From positions 658,743 through 722,742 of the forward strand of contig CAVRXQ010000007.1 of NCBI GenBank assembly GCA_963725215.1: 64,000 bases of DNA, written 5' to 3'. Under the pieces are notes generated by a model that saw only the letters and a list, made by a program, of their open reading frames with translations, was not told where the DNA came from and did not search any database. Below, one piece after another: positions 49,199 to 58,177 of the stretch. How positions within the stretch are numbered: position 1 is the first letter of the stretch; the number at the start of each line of letters is the position of its first letter. A program made the translations under genes and the position numbers. This DNA comes from an uncultured Acidimicrobiaceae bacterium (GTDB lineage: Bacteria > Actinomycetota > Acidimicrobiia > Acidimicrobiales > Bog-793).

Positions 49199-50260
49199 AT
49201 GACCCCCTTCGTCTCCTTGCACGACCCCGAAGAGCGCTCCTTCGCGAGCGACAACTGCGCCGGCGCCCACCCGCAAATCCTCGAGGCACTCGTCGCAGCG
49301 AACGGCGGACATCAGCCCTCGTACGGCGACGACGTGTACACCGAACGGCTACGTGAGCTGATCCGTCACCACTTCGGAGAGAACGCGCAGGCGTGCCCGG
49401 TGTTCAACGGGACGGGCGCCAATGTCGTCAGCTTGCAGGCGATGACCGATCGCTGGGAATCGGTCATCTGCGCGGTGTCCTCGCACCTCAACACCGACGA
49501 ATGTGCGGCTGCAGAGCGGATGGCGGGGATCAAACTCATCCCGCTCGACGCCCCGGACGGAAAGCTCACACCCGAAGCGATCATGGAAGAAGCCTTCGGT
49601 TGGGACAATCCGCATCGCGCCGCGCCACGAGTCGTGTCTTTGACCCAGTCGACAGAGCTCGGTACGTGCTACACGCTGGACGAGCTCGCGACCATCTGCG
49701 ACGCCGCGCACGAGCGCGGCATGAGGGTCCACATCGATGGTGCCCGGCTCGCGAATGCCGCCGCGACACTCGGGCTCGAGTTCAAGTCCTTCACGACCGA
49801 CGTCGGCGTGGACGTCGTGTCCTTCGGGGGCACAAAAAATGGAATCTTGCTGGGCGAAGTCGTTGTCGTTTTGGACCCAACCGCGGTTCGCGGCGTCGAC
49901 CACTTGCGCAAGTCCTCGATGCAGCTCTCATCGAAGATGCGCTTCATATCCGCGCAGCTCGTCGCGCTGTTGGAGGGTGATCTATGGATCGAGAGCGCGC
50001 GCCATGCGAACGCGATGGCACAACGCCTTGTCGAGAAAATCTCCGGAGTTGACGGCGTGTCGATCAGCCGGCCCGTAGAGGCGAACGCGGTGTTCGCCGT
50101 CTTGGATCCCTCGGTCACCGAAGTCCTGCAGTCGAAGTTCCATTTCTACGTGTGGGACGACGAGACCGGAGAGGTTCGATGGATGACGGCCTTTGATACG
50201 ACCGAGGAGGACGTCGATGAGTTCGCCGCCGCCGTCGTCGCGGCCGTCGGTTCGGTTTGA
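49199..50260 (+). CDS. ltaE: low-specificity L-threonine aldolase (beta-eliminating lyase family)
   Basis: FASDNCAGAHPQILEAL, YGDDVYTERL, NGTGANV, HIDGARLANA, and the PLP-Lys context SFGGTKNG. Confidence 0.85.
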   Translation: MTPFVSLHDPEERSFASDNCAGAHPQILEALVAANGGHQPSYGDDVYTERLRELIRHHFGENAQACPVFNGTGANVVSLQAMTDRWESVICAVSSHLNTDECAAAERMAGIKLIPLDAPDGKLTPEAIMEEAFGWDNPHRAAPRVVSLTQSTELGTCYTLDELATICDAAHERGMRVHIDGARLANAAATLGLEFKSFTTDVGVDVVSFGGTKNGILLGEVVVVLDPTAVRGVDHLRKSSMQLSSKMRFISAQLVALLEGDLWIESARHANAMAQRLVEKISGVDGVSISRPVEANAVFAVLDPSVTEVLQSKFHFYVWDDETGEVRWMTAFDTTEEDVDEFAAAVVAAVGSV

Positions 50261-50343
50261 GCGGGCGGCCGGGCGCTTCGGATCTGCGAAACTGGTCGAA
50301 CGGGGCCCAAAGGGTCGGGTCAGCCACAGTGGACGAGGGAGAT

Positions 50344-50562
50344 ATGTCAAGCGAGCAGTTAGATGACGACGACGAGGACATCCCGGTCATCGAGCACTCC
50401 GATCCGCTGATTCCTGAGGACGCGGCTGACGTCGCGTCGAGAGACAGCGAGATCGATTTCGACGACGAAGTCGAGGACGAAGTCGGCTCGCTCGACGTTG
50501 TCGAGGCGATTGAGGCTGACGCCTTGTTGGACGATCCGGAAAAACTCGACGACGAGGAGTGA
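50344..50562 (+). CDS. small highly acidic hypothetical protein
   Basis: 72-aa Asp/Glu-rich ORF (MSSEQLDDDDEDIPVIEH...DDPEKLDDEE) with RBS gaggga 4 nt upstream of the ATG. No family recognised. Confidence 0.45.
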   Translation: MSSEQLDDDDEDIPVIEHSDPLIPEDAADVASRDSEIDFDDEVEDEVGSLDVVEAIEADALLDDPEKLDDEE

Positions 50563-50577
50563 CCTGTCGGCTCCTTG

Positions 50578-51330
50578 TCAGGAGTCGAGCACGAAGGTCA
50601 CGGTGACGTGAACCGTAACTGACGACGTCCCCGGCGCGACCGGCACCCCGTGTGCCGACGAGCTGGCCGCCCGGAAGGTGTTGAACGGTATCGGGGTCGA
50701 GGTCTGCTCGATGTTGGAGATGCGCAGGGCGGGGCCGACGGATTCGCCCGCTCCCGTCGCGAACGACGCGGCGTCGGCGCGGGCGTGACGGACTGCCAGC
50801 ACACGCGCCTCGGTGGCGAGGTGCGCGCCGTTCGAGATCGAGAACGAGATGCCGTTGATCGCGACGTCGTTGCCCACTGCGTTCTCCGCAGCCGCGATGA
50901 CCCTCCCGGCCCTCGCGATGCCGTGGACCGTCGCGTCGAGGTCGTCCTCAGCGCTGTAACCGGTGACCGTGCCGTACTGGTTGTACGTCGCAGAGACGTT
51001 GAGGTTTTCGGTGCGGAGATCCGAGCGCCTCACTCCCGATGCGACGAACACCTTTTCCAGGCGCGCGGTCTTGGCGTCGTTTGCGTTCAACGCCGCAGCC
51101 GCGGAGGACGCTTTCGACGTGACGGCAAGCTGGACGCTCAACGTGTCAGGCACGCCGGTCAACGTCGCGCTCGCGCTGACGACGATTGAGCCGCGCGCCT
51201 TTGTCCCGGTGCTCGACGAAGAGAGCGAATACCCGAGCGCGCTCGCTGCCAGCGCGATGGCGAGCACACTCGCGACGAGGGCGAAGAGACCAGTAAAAGA
51301 CGGACGCGCCATGGCGAACCCTTTCGTCAA
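50578..51330 (-). CDS. SIMPL/DUF541-domain secreted protein
   Basis: N-terminal TM/signal segment (FTGLFALVASVLAIALAASAL). The SIMPL-like body has TLTGVPDTLSVQLAVTS, LRTENLNVSATYNQ and AINGISFSI. An alternative start is ATG 51312. Confidence 0.7.
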   Translation of the reverse strand: MTKGFAMARPSFTGLFALVASVLAIALAASALGYSLSSSSTGTKARGSIVVSASATLTGVPDTLSVQLAVTSKASSAAAALNANDAKTARLEKVFVASGVRRSDLRTENLNVSATYNQYGTVTGYSAEDDLDATVHGIARAGRVIAAAENAVGNDVAINGISFSISNGAHLATEARVLAVRHARADAASFATGAGESVGPALRISNIEQTSTPIPFNTFRAASSSAHGVPVAPGTSSVTVHVTVTFVLDS

Positions 51331-51359
51331 CTGCCGAGAAAAATGGTACGGCCCCTTCC

Positions 51360-51833
51360 GTGGTCGAACGGGGAACCCACCGGCGAACCTCGAAGCGCGA
51401 CCATTGGACCGTGGACGACGACGACCAGTTATTGCGCGTCAACAGGACGATCCGTATCCCGCCCGAAGAGCTCGAGTGGCGCTTCAGCGGGAGCGGTGGC
51501 CCCGGCGGCCAGCACGCGAACACCGCCAACACCCGCGTCGAGGTCGTTTTCGACGTGAACGCGTCGAGGGTGCTCGGGCCACGTCAGCGGGCGCGCATCC
51601 TTGAGCGCCTCGGTCCCTCCGTGCGCGTCGTCGTCTCCGACACGCGCTCTCAAGCCCGTAATCGTGAACTCGCTCTCGACCGGTTGCGATCGCGTCTCAC
51701 CGACGCGCTGAAGCTGGAGCGTCGACGACGCCCGACGTCGCCGACTCGAGCGTCGAAGGAGCGTCGACTGGACGACAAGCGCAAACGGGGGCAGGTGAAA
51801 CGGGCACGTCGTGTTCCGCTCGGAGAAGAGTGA
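51360..51833 (+). CDS. arfB: alternative ribosome-rescue factor ArfB (peptidyl-tRNA hydrolase, RF-1 domain)
   Basis: IRIPPEELEWRFSGSGGPGGQHANT (GGQ motif) and a basic C-terminal tail KERRLDDKRKRGQVKRAR. The true start may be later (TTG 51432). Confidence 0.82.
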   Translation: MVERGTHRRTSKRDHWTVDDDDQLLRVNRTIRIPPEELEWRFSGSGGPGGQHANTANTRVEVVFDVNASRVLGPRQRARILERLGPSVRVVVSDTRSQARNRELALDRLRSRLTDALKLERRRRPTSPTRASKERRLDDKRKRGQVKRARRVPLGEE

Positions 51834-52045
51834 AGCGACCCTCCTCGAAGCGTGCCTGCCGATACTGGGCGAGGGTTTCCGGTCCAGGCGATGGTGGCGC
51901 GGCTCGCCAGAGTGACCGGGTGCCGTCGCTTTCGTAACCGCGGCGCAACCAGGTCGGTACTTTCCGACCTGGCCGGTTGCGCAGGTCCAGCCGTGTTCCG
52001 GTTCGGTTGTAACGGCTGTGCAACCGAAAGAGGCGTAAAAGAGCC

Positions 52046-52690
52046 GTGATGGATGTGACTCGAAAGCGAACTCGTCGCCGGGCGGGGCCGCGTTTCGTCC
52101 GCCGATTTAGCATCCGCCGGTTCCGCCTCGTCGCCACGAGCGGGTCCGCGCTAGTGGCAGTCGCGCTGCTGTTCGCAGCCTGCGGCGGCACCTCGCCGTC
52201 AGGAGTGGCGAGCGTCAAAGAATCGTCGACCTCGAGCACGACACCATCGAGCGCGCCAGCAGGCAACAGCGGCCCACCACCGTCGCCGGCGCTCGAGAGG
52301 GCACAGATCAAGTACAGCGTCTGCATGCGCAAGAACGGCGTGCCGGCCTTCCCGGACCCGGAGTCGGACGGCGGTTACGGAGGGACCGACCTGAGGAACA
52401 TCGATCAGAACTCGCATGCGTTCGTGACGGCGACGAAGGACTGCTCATACCTCGCGAAGGCGGCCGGCATGGCGCCTTGGACGCAGGCGCAATGGACGGC
52501 GTACGACGCGATGTTGCTGAAGATCACCGACTGCATGCGGTCGCACGGGATTAGGAACTTCCCCGACCCGAAGGGAGGCGAAAAAGGAGGCTGGCAGGTT
52601 TCGACGACCCCGATCGACGTGACCTCGTCGCTGTACGCGAAGGCCGCCAAGGCGTGCAACGGTCCACCAGGTACCCCAAAGCAGGGTTGA
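52046..52690 (+). CDS. lipoprotein with duplicated CMRxxG(V/I)xxFPDP motif
   Basis: Lipobox LLFAAC, then a Ser/Thr/Pro linker, then two copies of the motif (CMRKNGVPAFPDP and CMRSHGIRNFPDP), each followed by a further Cys. Confidence 0.65.
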   Translation: MMDVTRKRTRRRAGPRFVRRFSIRRFRLVATSGSALVAVALLFAACGGTSPSGVASVKESSTSSTTPSSAPAGNSGPPPSPALERAQIKYSVCMRKNGVPAFPDPESDGGYGGTDLRNIDQNSHAFVTATKDCSYLAKAAGMAPWTQAQWTAYDAMLLKITDCMRSHGIRNFPDPKGGEKGGWQVSTTPIDVTSSLYAKAAKACNGPPGTPKQG

Positions 52691-52814
52691 CCATGACGGA
52701 GGCACCGGCAACATCTGGTCGTCGATTGACGCAGAGACCGGGCGTGTTCGGAGGGTTGCCGGGACACGGGACCGTCAGTAACTGCCAGCGAGTGCTGGCG
52801 ACGAGAATGGGTCC

Positions 52815-53285
52815 ATGACCGAGTCCGGGCCCGTCCGCACGTATGTGGTGCCGGGATGGTTCACCCGCAACGTGTTCAACCGTGCGGTAGCTGTGCTCAC
52901 CCGGGCAGGGATCAGCGTGTGGGGGTCGCGCGTGCTTCGCGTTCGCGGACGCAAGAGCGGGCAATGGCGGGCAACGCCGGTCAACCTGCTCGACTTTGTC
53001 GGTGAGACCTACTTGGTGGCTCCACGCGGAGACACACAGTGGGTACGGAATCTTCGCGTAGCTCGTGAAGGCGAATTGCAGTTGGGAAGACGCGTTCAAG
53101 GATTTCGTGCAACCGAGATCGCAGATGAGGAGAAACTCGACGTCCTGCGCGCCTATCTGAAGCGATGGAAGTTCGAGGTAGGAGTCTTCTTCGACGGCGT
53201 CAGCGCCGATGCCTCCGACGACGAACTTCGTCGCATCGCGCCAGACCACCCTGTATTTCGACTCGAGCTCACTGACAACGCGTGA
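52815..53285 (+). CDS. nitroreductase-family deazaflavin (F420)-dependent oxidoreductase (DDN/DUF385-like)
   Basis: NRAVAVLTRAG...LRVRGRKSGQWRATPVNLL...YLVAPRGDTQWVRNL, typical of the DDN-like split beta-barrel family. Confidence 0.75.
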   Translation: MTESGPVRTYVVPGWFTRNVFNRAVAVLTRAGISVWGSRVLRVRGRKSGQWRATPVNLLDFVGETYLVAPRGDTQWVRNLRVAREGELQLGRRVQGFRATEIADEEKLDVLRAYLKRWKFEVGVFFDGVSADASDDELRRIAPDHPVFRLELTDNA

Positions 53286-53343
53286 GTCTGCTTGAGCCGT
53301 CCTTTGGCGGCTCGTCTTTGGCACGAGAGACGTAGCGTTCCGC

Positions 53344-53631
53344 ATGGAGTTCAGTCGTGATCTCAGAGATGGCGTCGCCAAGGGCCGGATCACGGTCTCC
53401 ATCCGTCTGTGGAAGAAACCGCGTGTCAAGGTCGGGAATCGCTACTCGGTCGGGCAGGCCGTGATTGAGGTCGACGAGATTGAACTTCTTCCGTTCTCTG
53501 GCATATCCGCGGCAGACGTTCGGGCTTCAGGCGAGCGCGATCGCGAATCCCTTCGCCGCCGAGCTGCCCACGCCGGACCGATCGACGACGGCACTCTCGT
53601 TTATCGGGTCGAGTTCCATTCAGTGAGCTGA
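53344..53631 (+). CDS. ASCH-domain-like small protein
   Basis: 95 aa. GRITVSIRLWKKPRVKVGNRY resembles the ASCH beta-barrel core. Weak call. Confidence 0.45.
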   Translation: MEFSRDLRDGVAKGRITVSIRLWKKPRVKVGNRYSVGQAVIEVDEIELLPFSGISAADVRASGERDRESLRRRAAHAGPIDDGTLVYRVEFHSVS

Positions 53632-53718
53632 TCGAGCAGGAGTCCGGCGGATTTGCGCCGAATGCCAGGCGATAATCCCTCAGGCTGATTTTCTAGTGGC
53701 GATGCCGGCCTTGACCCA

Positions 53719-55401
53719 TCAGGGTGCGACGCCATCGTGTAACGAGTCCTCGCGGAACATGGGCCATGCGGGATCCGCCGTTGGCGCAGCGAGTTCGAGC
53801 TTGTACGAGACGATCTCACCAGGTCTCTTAAGCTCCGCTGGGCCGCCACAGGCCTCGAATACGTTCCAGCTGGACGCTGCCGCCGACTCAACTACGTCCG
53901 CGATCGCGACCGAGTTGAAGACGGGACAGCTGAAGTTGATCGATGAGTCCTGGCTGGTCGCCGTGGTCCCGAAAAGGTATTTGCCTGTTGCTCCGTCGAT
54001 TGCGTAGAGACCGCTTCGCGAGCCGACGAGGACGTCGTTCCACGTGCCGCCGGAAGTTAGGGGAAAGAGAATCGGGGACGAAAAGTCTCTCGCGCCCCGG
54101 AGCCCGGTCACCCAGAGCTCATGGCCGCTTCCGGACCACGCGCTGATTTCGGAGACGTTTGATGTCCAACAGCTCGGCAGTGTCGAGTTGCCGCACGACC
54201 ACGAGGTCTCGACGACCGCTGGCCTGCCGCTGCCGTTGATCACGCCGATCGCGGGCGATCCGACTGACGGACCGGGGGTCGTCACGGGCCAACCAGGCAC
54301 CCGGGCGCCGTCGCTCGCGTAGTACGCGAAGAGCTTGGCTGTGGCCGACGGGAGCGGCTGCTCGTAGAAACCCGTTCCGACGACGACCGCCGCGCGCCCG
54401 GTCGAGTTGATGACGCCGATCGCCGGGCTCGAAAAAATCGTCTGGGCCTCGCAGTGCCGCCAGACGAGTTGTGGCGTTTTGTCACCGTAGTGGTAGTCGC
54501 TGATCCAGCCTCCGCGGCATCCGTCCAGGCCGGAAGCATCGCCGCCGATGAAAATGCTGTCACCACCAGCCGTCCCCGGGACCTTATAGAGCGCTGGTGA
54601 GGACCACACGGTGTCGGCGGTGTTGATCGGGAATCCCGGGAGCAGGCGGCCCGAAGGCGAGAGCGCGTAGATGCGGTGGTCCCAGGAGCCGAAGACGACG
54701 TCTTGCTGCGCGCCACCGCTCAGGCTGCCGATCGCCGGCGTGGAGAACACCCCAACCCGGGTCCCCGGCGCTGCGCCGACGTGGAAGATCCATTTCACGG
54801 ACCCGCTGAAAGTGAAAGCCTCGACCTCCCGGGCGCTGTTGGGGACCCACTCCGAGGCCGAGCCGACGACGATCGACGGAGGGTCGTTCGGACCGTTGAG
54901 GAAGGCGATGGCCGGGCTCCCCTCGATCGCCGCGGTCGTTCCGCTCGGCGCGGCCATTGCCTGAGGCCAACCGGGAAGCTCGCTGCCGGTTCGCGCGTTG
55001 AGGACATGCACCATGCCGCTTTCGTCACCGACGGCGAGGATCGTCATCCCGTCGTACGACGCCACCGTCGGCGAGCTCTGCGCAATCGCTCCCGGGACGC
55101 AGCGAACCCACTCCGCCGCGGGCCACGACACTCCTGGACCAATCGGTGCCGAGCACCCGAACTGGCGCTCGTGGCCCGCGCCGGCGGTAGGCGTCGCCGC
55201 CAACGCTGTCGGGGCGCCGAAAGCGAGAACCGCGGCCGCGAACCGGAACCGGCCCGAACGTCCGAGATCCTGTCGCCGTCGGTGAGCGCGCTGCTGCGTC
55301 CAACGCAAGGTCGCGGCTATGTCGGCAACCCTACATATCCGCATCGGCAGTATGAAAGCAACTTCGTGTCGCAGAGATTGTTGGCGTGCTCTTTCCCGCA
55401 T
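53719..55401 (-). CDS. secreted FG-GAP/PQQ-like beta-propeller protein, paralog 1
   Basis: Hydrophobic signal-like segment FAAAVLAFGAPTALA. Repeated blades (SSPTVASYDG, DVVFGSWDHRIYAL, WSSPALY, FSSPAIGVIN). C-terminal WPMFREDSLHDG. Start is ATG 55401 or 55344. Confidence 0.75.
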   Translation of the reverse strand: MRERARQQSLRHEVAFILPMRICRVADIAATLRWTQQRAHRRRQDLGRSGRFRFAAAVLAFGAPTALAATPTAGAGHERQFGCSAPIGPGVSWPAAEWVRCVPGAIAQSSPTVASYDGMTILAVGDESGMVHVLNARTGSELPGWPQAMAAPSGTTAAIEGSPAIAFLNGPNDPPSIVVGSASEWVPNSAREVEAFTFSGSVKWIFHVGAAPGTRVGVFSTPAIGSLSGGAQQDVVFGSWDHRIYALSPSGRLLPGFPINTADTVWSSPALYKVPGTAGGDSIFIGGDASGLDGCRGGWISDYHYGDKTPQLVWRHCEAQTIFSSPAIGVINSTGRAAVVVGTGFYEQPLPSATAKLFAYYASDGARVPGWPVTTPGPSVGSPAIGVINGSGRPAVVETSWSCGNSTLPSCWTSNVSEISAWSGSGHELWVTGLRGARDFSSPILFPLTSGGTWNDVLVGSRSGLYAIDGATGKYLFGTTATSQDSSINFSCPVFNSVAIADVVESAAASSWNVFEACGGPAELKRPGEIVSYKLELAAPTADPAWPMFREDSLHDGVAP

Positions 55402-55626
55402 GCGGCGCGCAAGACTAGGGGACGCTCCGTTTCAGGTTGGATCGCCCAGATTCGCTCGAATCCACCTGCGCCCAACCAGCACCGCCTGTGAGCTCCCCCG
55501 AAGATCGGTGGTTGGCCCTGGCTTCAGTCCTCGTAGTTCTCGCCTTTCCCCGCGCGGCGGTTTCGTCCCGTTTTCCGGCGCTCGCCCTTGCTCCGTGGTC
55601 CACTCGATGGGGTCCAGGGCAAATCG

Positions 55627-55708
55627 TGCGGGCGCAGGGACTCGAACCCTGAACCCCGAAGGGACCGGGACCTAAACCCGGCGCGTCTGCCAGTTTCGCC
55701 ACGCCCGC
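55627..55708 (-). tRNA. tRNA-Leu (anticodon UAG), class II with long variable arm
   Basis: Minus strand: gcgggcg acceptor, anticodon arm ccggg-tttaggt-cccgg, variable arm tcccttcggggttc, T arm caggg-ttcgagt-ccctg, then cgcccgc-a. Confidence 0.85.
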
Positions 55709-55793
55709 CGACAGAAAGCCTGCCACGAACTCTGTCCGCCGAGGTCGAGGTTGCGAGACGGAGACGGGCCGCCCGCGCCAGTAGCCTCGGTCC

Positions 55794-56417
55794 ATGACCG
55801 AAATTGCTCCTCGTTCCATCGATCCGGTGCACGCCTCGCTCGCCCTGTCGCCCGACCCGGCAGCGGACGTCTACCAACGCCTGCTTCGCGAGCGGATCAT
55901 CTTTCTCGGCACCCAGGTCGATCAGAACTCAGCGAACCAGATCTGCGCTCAGCTTTTGCTTCTGGAGGCCGAGGACCCGGAGAAGGACATTTCGCTGTAC
56001 ATCAACACGCCAGGGGGTGTGGTCACCGACGGGCTGGCGATCTACGACACGATGCAGTACGTCGAGTGCGACGTCTCGACGATCTGCCTCGGCCTCGCGG
56101 CTTCGATGGGTCAGTTCCTCTTGTGCGCGGGCGCGCCGGGCAAGCGGTTCTCGCTCCCGCACGCTCGCATCTTGATGCATCAGCCGAGCGGGCAGATGCA
56201 AGGACAAGCGGCGGATATCGCGATCCAAGCCGAACAGATCGTGTACCTGAAGCGGATGATGGCCGAGCGCATCGCGTTCCACACCGGCCAGACGGTCGAG
56301 CGCATCGAAGCCGACTCGGATCGTGACCGCTGGTTCACCGCCCAAGAAGCGCTCGACTACGGCTTCATCGACAAGGTGATCGACCGCTCGGCCGCGAATA
56401 TCCGGCGCATCCGCTGA
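55794..56417 (+). CDS. clpP: ATP-dependent Clp protease proteolytic subunit, second paralog
   Basis: [30 protein letters not shown] (Ser), LMHQP (His) and SDRDRWFTA (Asp). It has a ~25-aa N-terminal extension. Confidence 0.92.
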   Translation: MTEIAPRSIDPVHASLALSPDPAADVYQRLLRERIIFLGTQVDQNSANQICAQLLLLEAEDPEKDISLYINTPGGVVTDGLAIYDTMQYVECDVSTICLGLAASMGQFLLCAGAPGKRFSLPHARILMHQPSGQMQGQAADIAIQAEQIVYLKRMMAERIAFHTGQTVERIEADSDRDRWFTAQEALDYGFIDKVIDRSAANIRRIR

Positions 56418-56434
56418 GCTTGAGGTACTAGGCC

Positions 56435-58177
56435 TCAGCGCTTTTGACGCGGGATCGTCGTCGTCGCGACACCGAGGTGCGCGGGGTCCTGTCGCCACAT
56501 CGGCCACGGCGGAGGCGTCCCCGGTACCACCGGCAACGGGTAGTCGAACAACCGCCCCGTCGCCGTCACCTGCTGCGGGCCGCCGGCCGCTTCGAACATC
56601 CGCCAGCCAGAGGCGGGTCCGCTTCCCGCGACGTGCGCCACCGCGACCGCGTTGAGGTCAGAAGCCGTGTTGATCGGGTTGTCCTCGCTCGTGCCGTACA
56701 AGAAGGCGCCGTTCTGTCCGTCCAAGGGATACAAGCCGTTCGACGAGCCGACCAACACGTCGTTGCCGCCCGATCCGGTGAGGTCGACGAGCACTGGTGA
56801 GGCGAAGTCGTTCGGACCAGAGAGCGTCTCGGACCAGATCTGTGTGCCCGATCCGTTCCACGCGTAGATCATCGACTCACCGCCGTTCGAGGTGCACGAC
56901 AAGCACCACGAGGTGTCGACGACCGACGGCGTCGTCTGGCCAGAAAGGGTCCCGATCGCCGGTGAGCCGAAGCTCGGGCCGGCGGTCTTCACCGGCCATC
57001 CCGGCACCCTCCTCCCCGACGCCGCGTAGTACGCATACAAGCGGTCGGTCCCCGGCTTGTAGGGAGGCGTCCACCCGAACCCTGTTCCGACTACGACTGC
57101 GGGCGCGCCGGACGAATTGATCACCCCGACGGCTGGAGACGACCAGATCGTCTGCTGTTCGCAGCGCATCCACATCCGCCGCGGACCGTGCCGAGTGATC
57201 GTGAAGTCGTAGACGAAGCCGCCGAAGCAGTGGTGGTAACCAGACGCGTCACCGCCGATGAAGATGTCGTCCGCGTGCGGCTTGCCGCGCACGTGGAAAA
57301 GCGCCGGCGAGGACCAGATCGTGTCTTGGGTGTCGATCGGGAAACCCGGTACAAGCTTTCCTTGCCCGTTCAGCGCGTACAGCCGGTGGTCATAGGAGCC
57401 GAAGACGATGTCGAGCGCGCCGTCACCGGTGAGATCACCCACCGCCGGCGTCGAGAAGACGGAATTGCGGTAGCGGCTGCCGGCGGTGCCGGGCCACTCG
57501 GTGAAGGTCGCGCGCGTGAGGAACTTGAAGCGCACCGATCCGTTTGCGTTGAACGCGATGATCCCGCCTTCTTGGTCCGCGATGTAGGTCGATCCGGCTC
57601 CCACGATGATCGACGGTGGCTTTCGCGGCCCGTCGAGGTACGCGACCGTCGGCGAGGACTCGACGGCGGTCGGAACGCCGGGCGCAACGTCGATCGGTTG
57701 CGGCCAACCGGGGAGGTTCGCGCCGTTGAGCGCGTTCACGACGTAGAGATATCCGCTCTCGCTTCCGAAGATCACCGCGGTGACGCCATCGATCGTCGCG
57801 ACGGTGGGCGAACTCAAAGCGATCGGGCCAACGGTGTCGGTCCATGTCGGCGCGGGGAACGAAGGTGCCGACGACGCCGACGAAGTCTCGGCCGACGCCG
57901 ACGTTGCGACGAGCGCGCTCGCCGCGCAGACGAAGAGCGCGCCGACTCTCGAGAGCGCGCGCAGGTGAGACGCGCCCCGTGGCGCGCGGATCAGCTCTGC
58001 CCGGAGTGGGGAAGCCCGAAACGCGTCGTGATCGCGACGCCGAGATGCTCGGCGTTCTGATGGAACATCGGCCACGCCGCGGCCGTCAGCGCCGGCGTGA
58101 AGCCCATCGGATAGCCGACGATCTCGCCGACGTGATGGAACTCCTCGGGGCCGCCACACGCCTCGAACACATACCAC
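56435..58177 (-). CDS. secreted FG-GAP/PQQ-like beta-propeller protein, paralog 2
   Basis: GDLTGDGALDIVFGSYDHRLYAL (FG-GAP-type motif), and it aligns with paralogs 1 and 3 throughout. C-terminal WPMWRQDPAHLG. Start is uncertain: the signal-like segment VGALFVCAASALVATSASA begins near 57945. Candidate starts are GTG 58075 or CTG 57994, which overlaps the upstream TGA. Confidence 0.72.
   Translation of the reverse strand: MVCVRGVWRPRGVPSRRRDRRLSDGLHAGADGRGVADVPSERRASRRRDHDAFRASPLRAELIRAPRGASHLRALSRVGALFVCAASALVATSASAETSSASSAPSFPAPTWTDTVGPIALSSPTVATIDGVTAVIFGSESGYLYVVNALNGANLPGWPQPIDVAPGVPTAVESSPTVAYLDGPRKPPSIIVGAGSTYIADQEGGIIAFNANGSVRFKFLTRATFTEWPGTAGSRYRNSVFSTPAVGDLTGDGALDIVFGSYDHRLYALNGQGKLVPGFPIDTQDTIWSSPALFHVRGKPHADDIFIGGDASGYHHCFGGFVYDFTITRHGPRRMWMRCEQQTIWSSPAVGVINSSGAPAVVVGTGFGWTPPYKPGTDRLYAYYAASGRRVPGWPVKTAGPSFGSPAIGTLSGQTTPSVVDTSWCLSCTSNGGESMIYAWNGSGTQIWSETLSGPNDFASPVLVDLTGSGGNDVLVGSSNGLYPLDGQNGAFLYGTSEDNPINTASDLNAVAVAHVAGSGPASGWRMFEAAGGPQQVTATGRLFDYPLPVVPGTPPPWPMWRQDPAHLGVATTTIPRQKR

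Noticed and set aside
51697-52332. 211-aa minus-strand ORF
   Set aside because: It overlaps the arfB 3-prime end and the lipoprotein gene, both of which have clear features, and its composition is off-frame-like.
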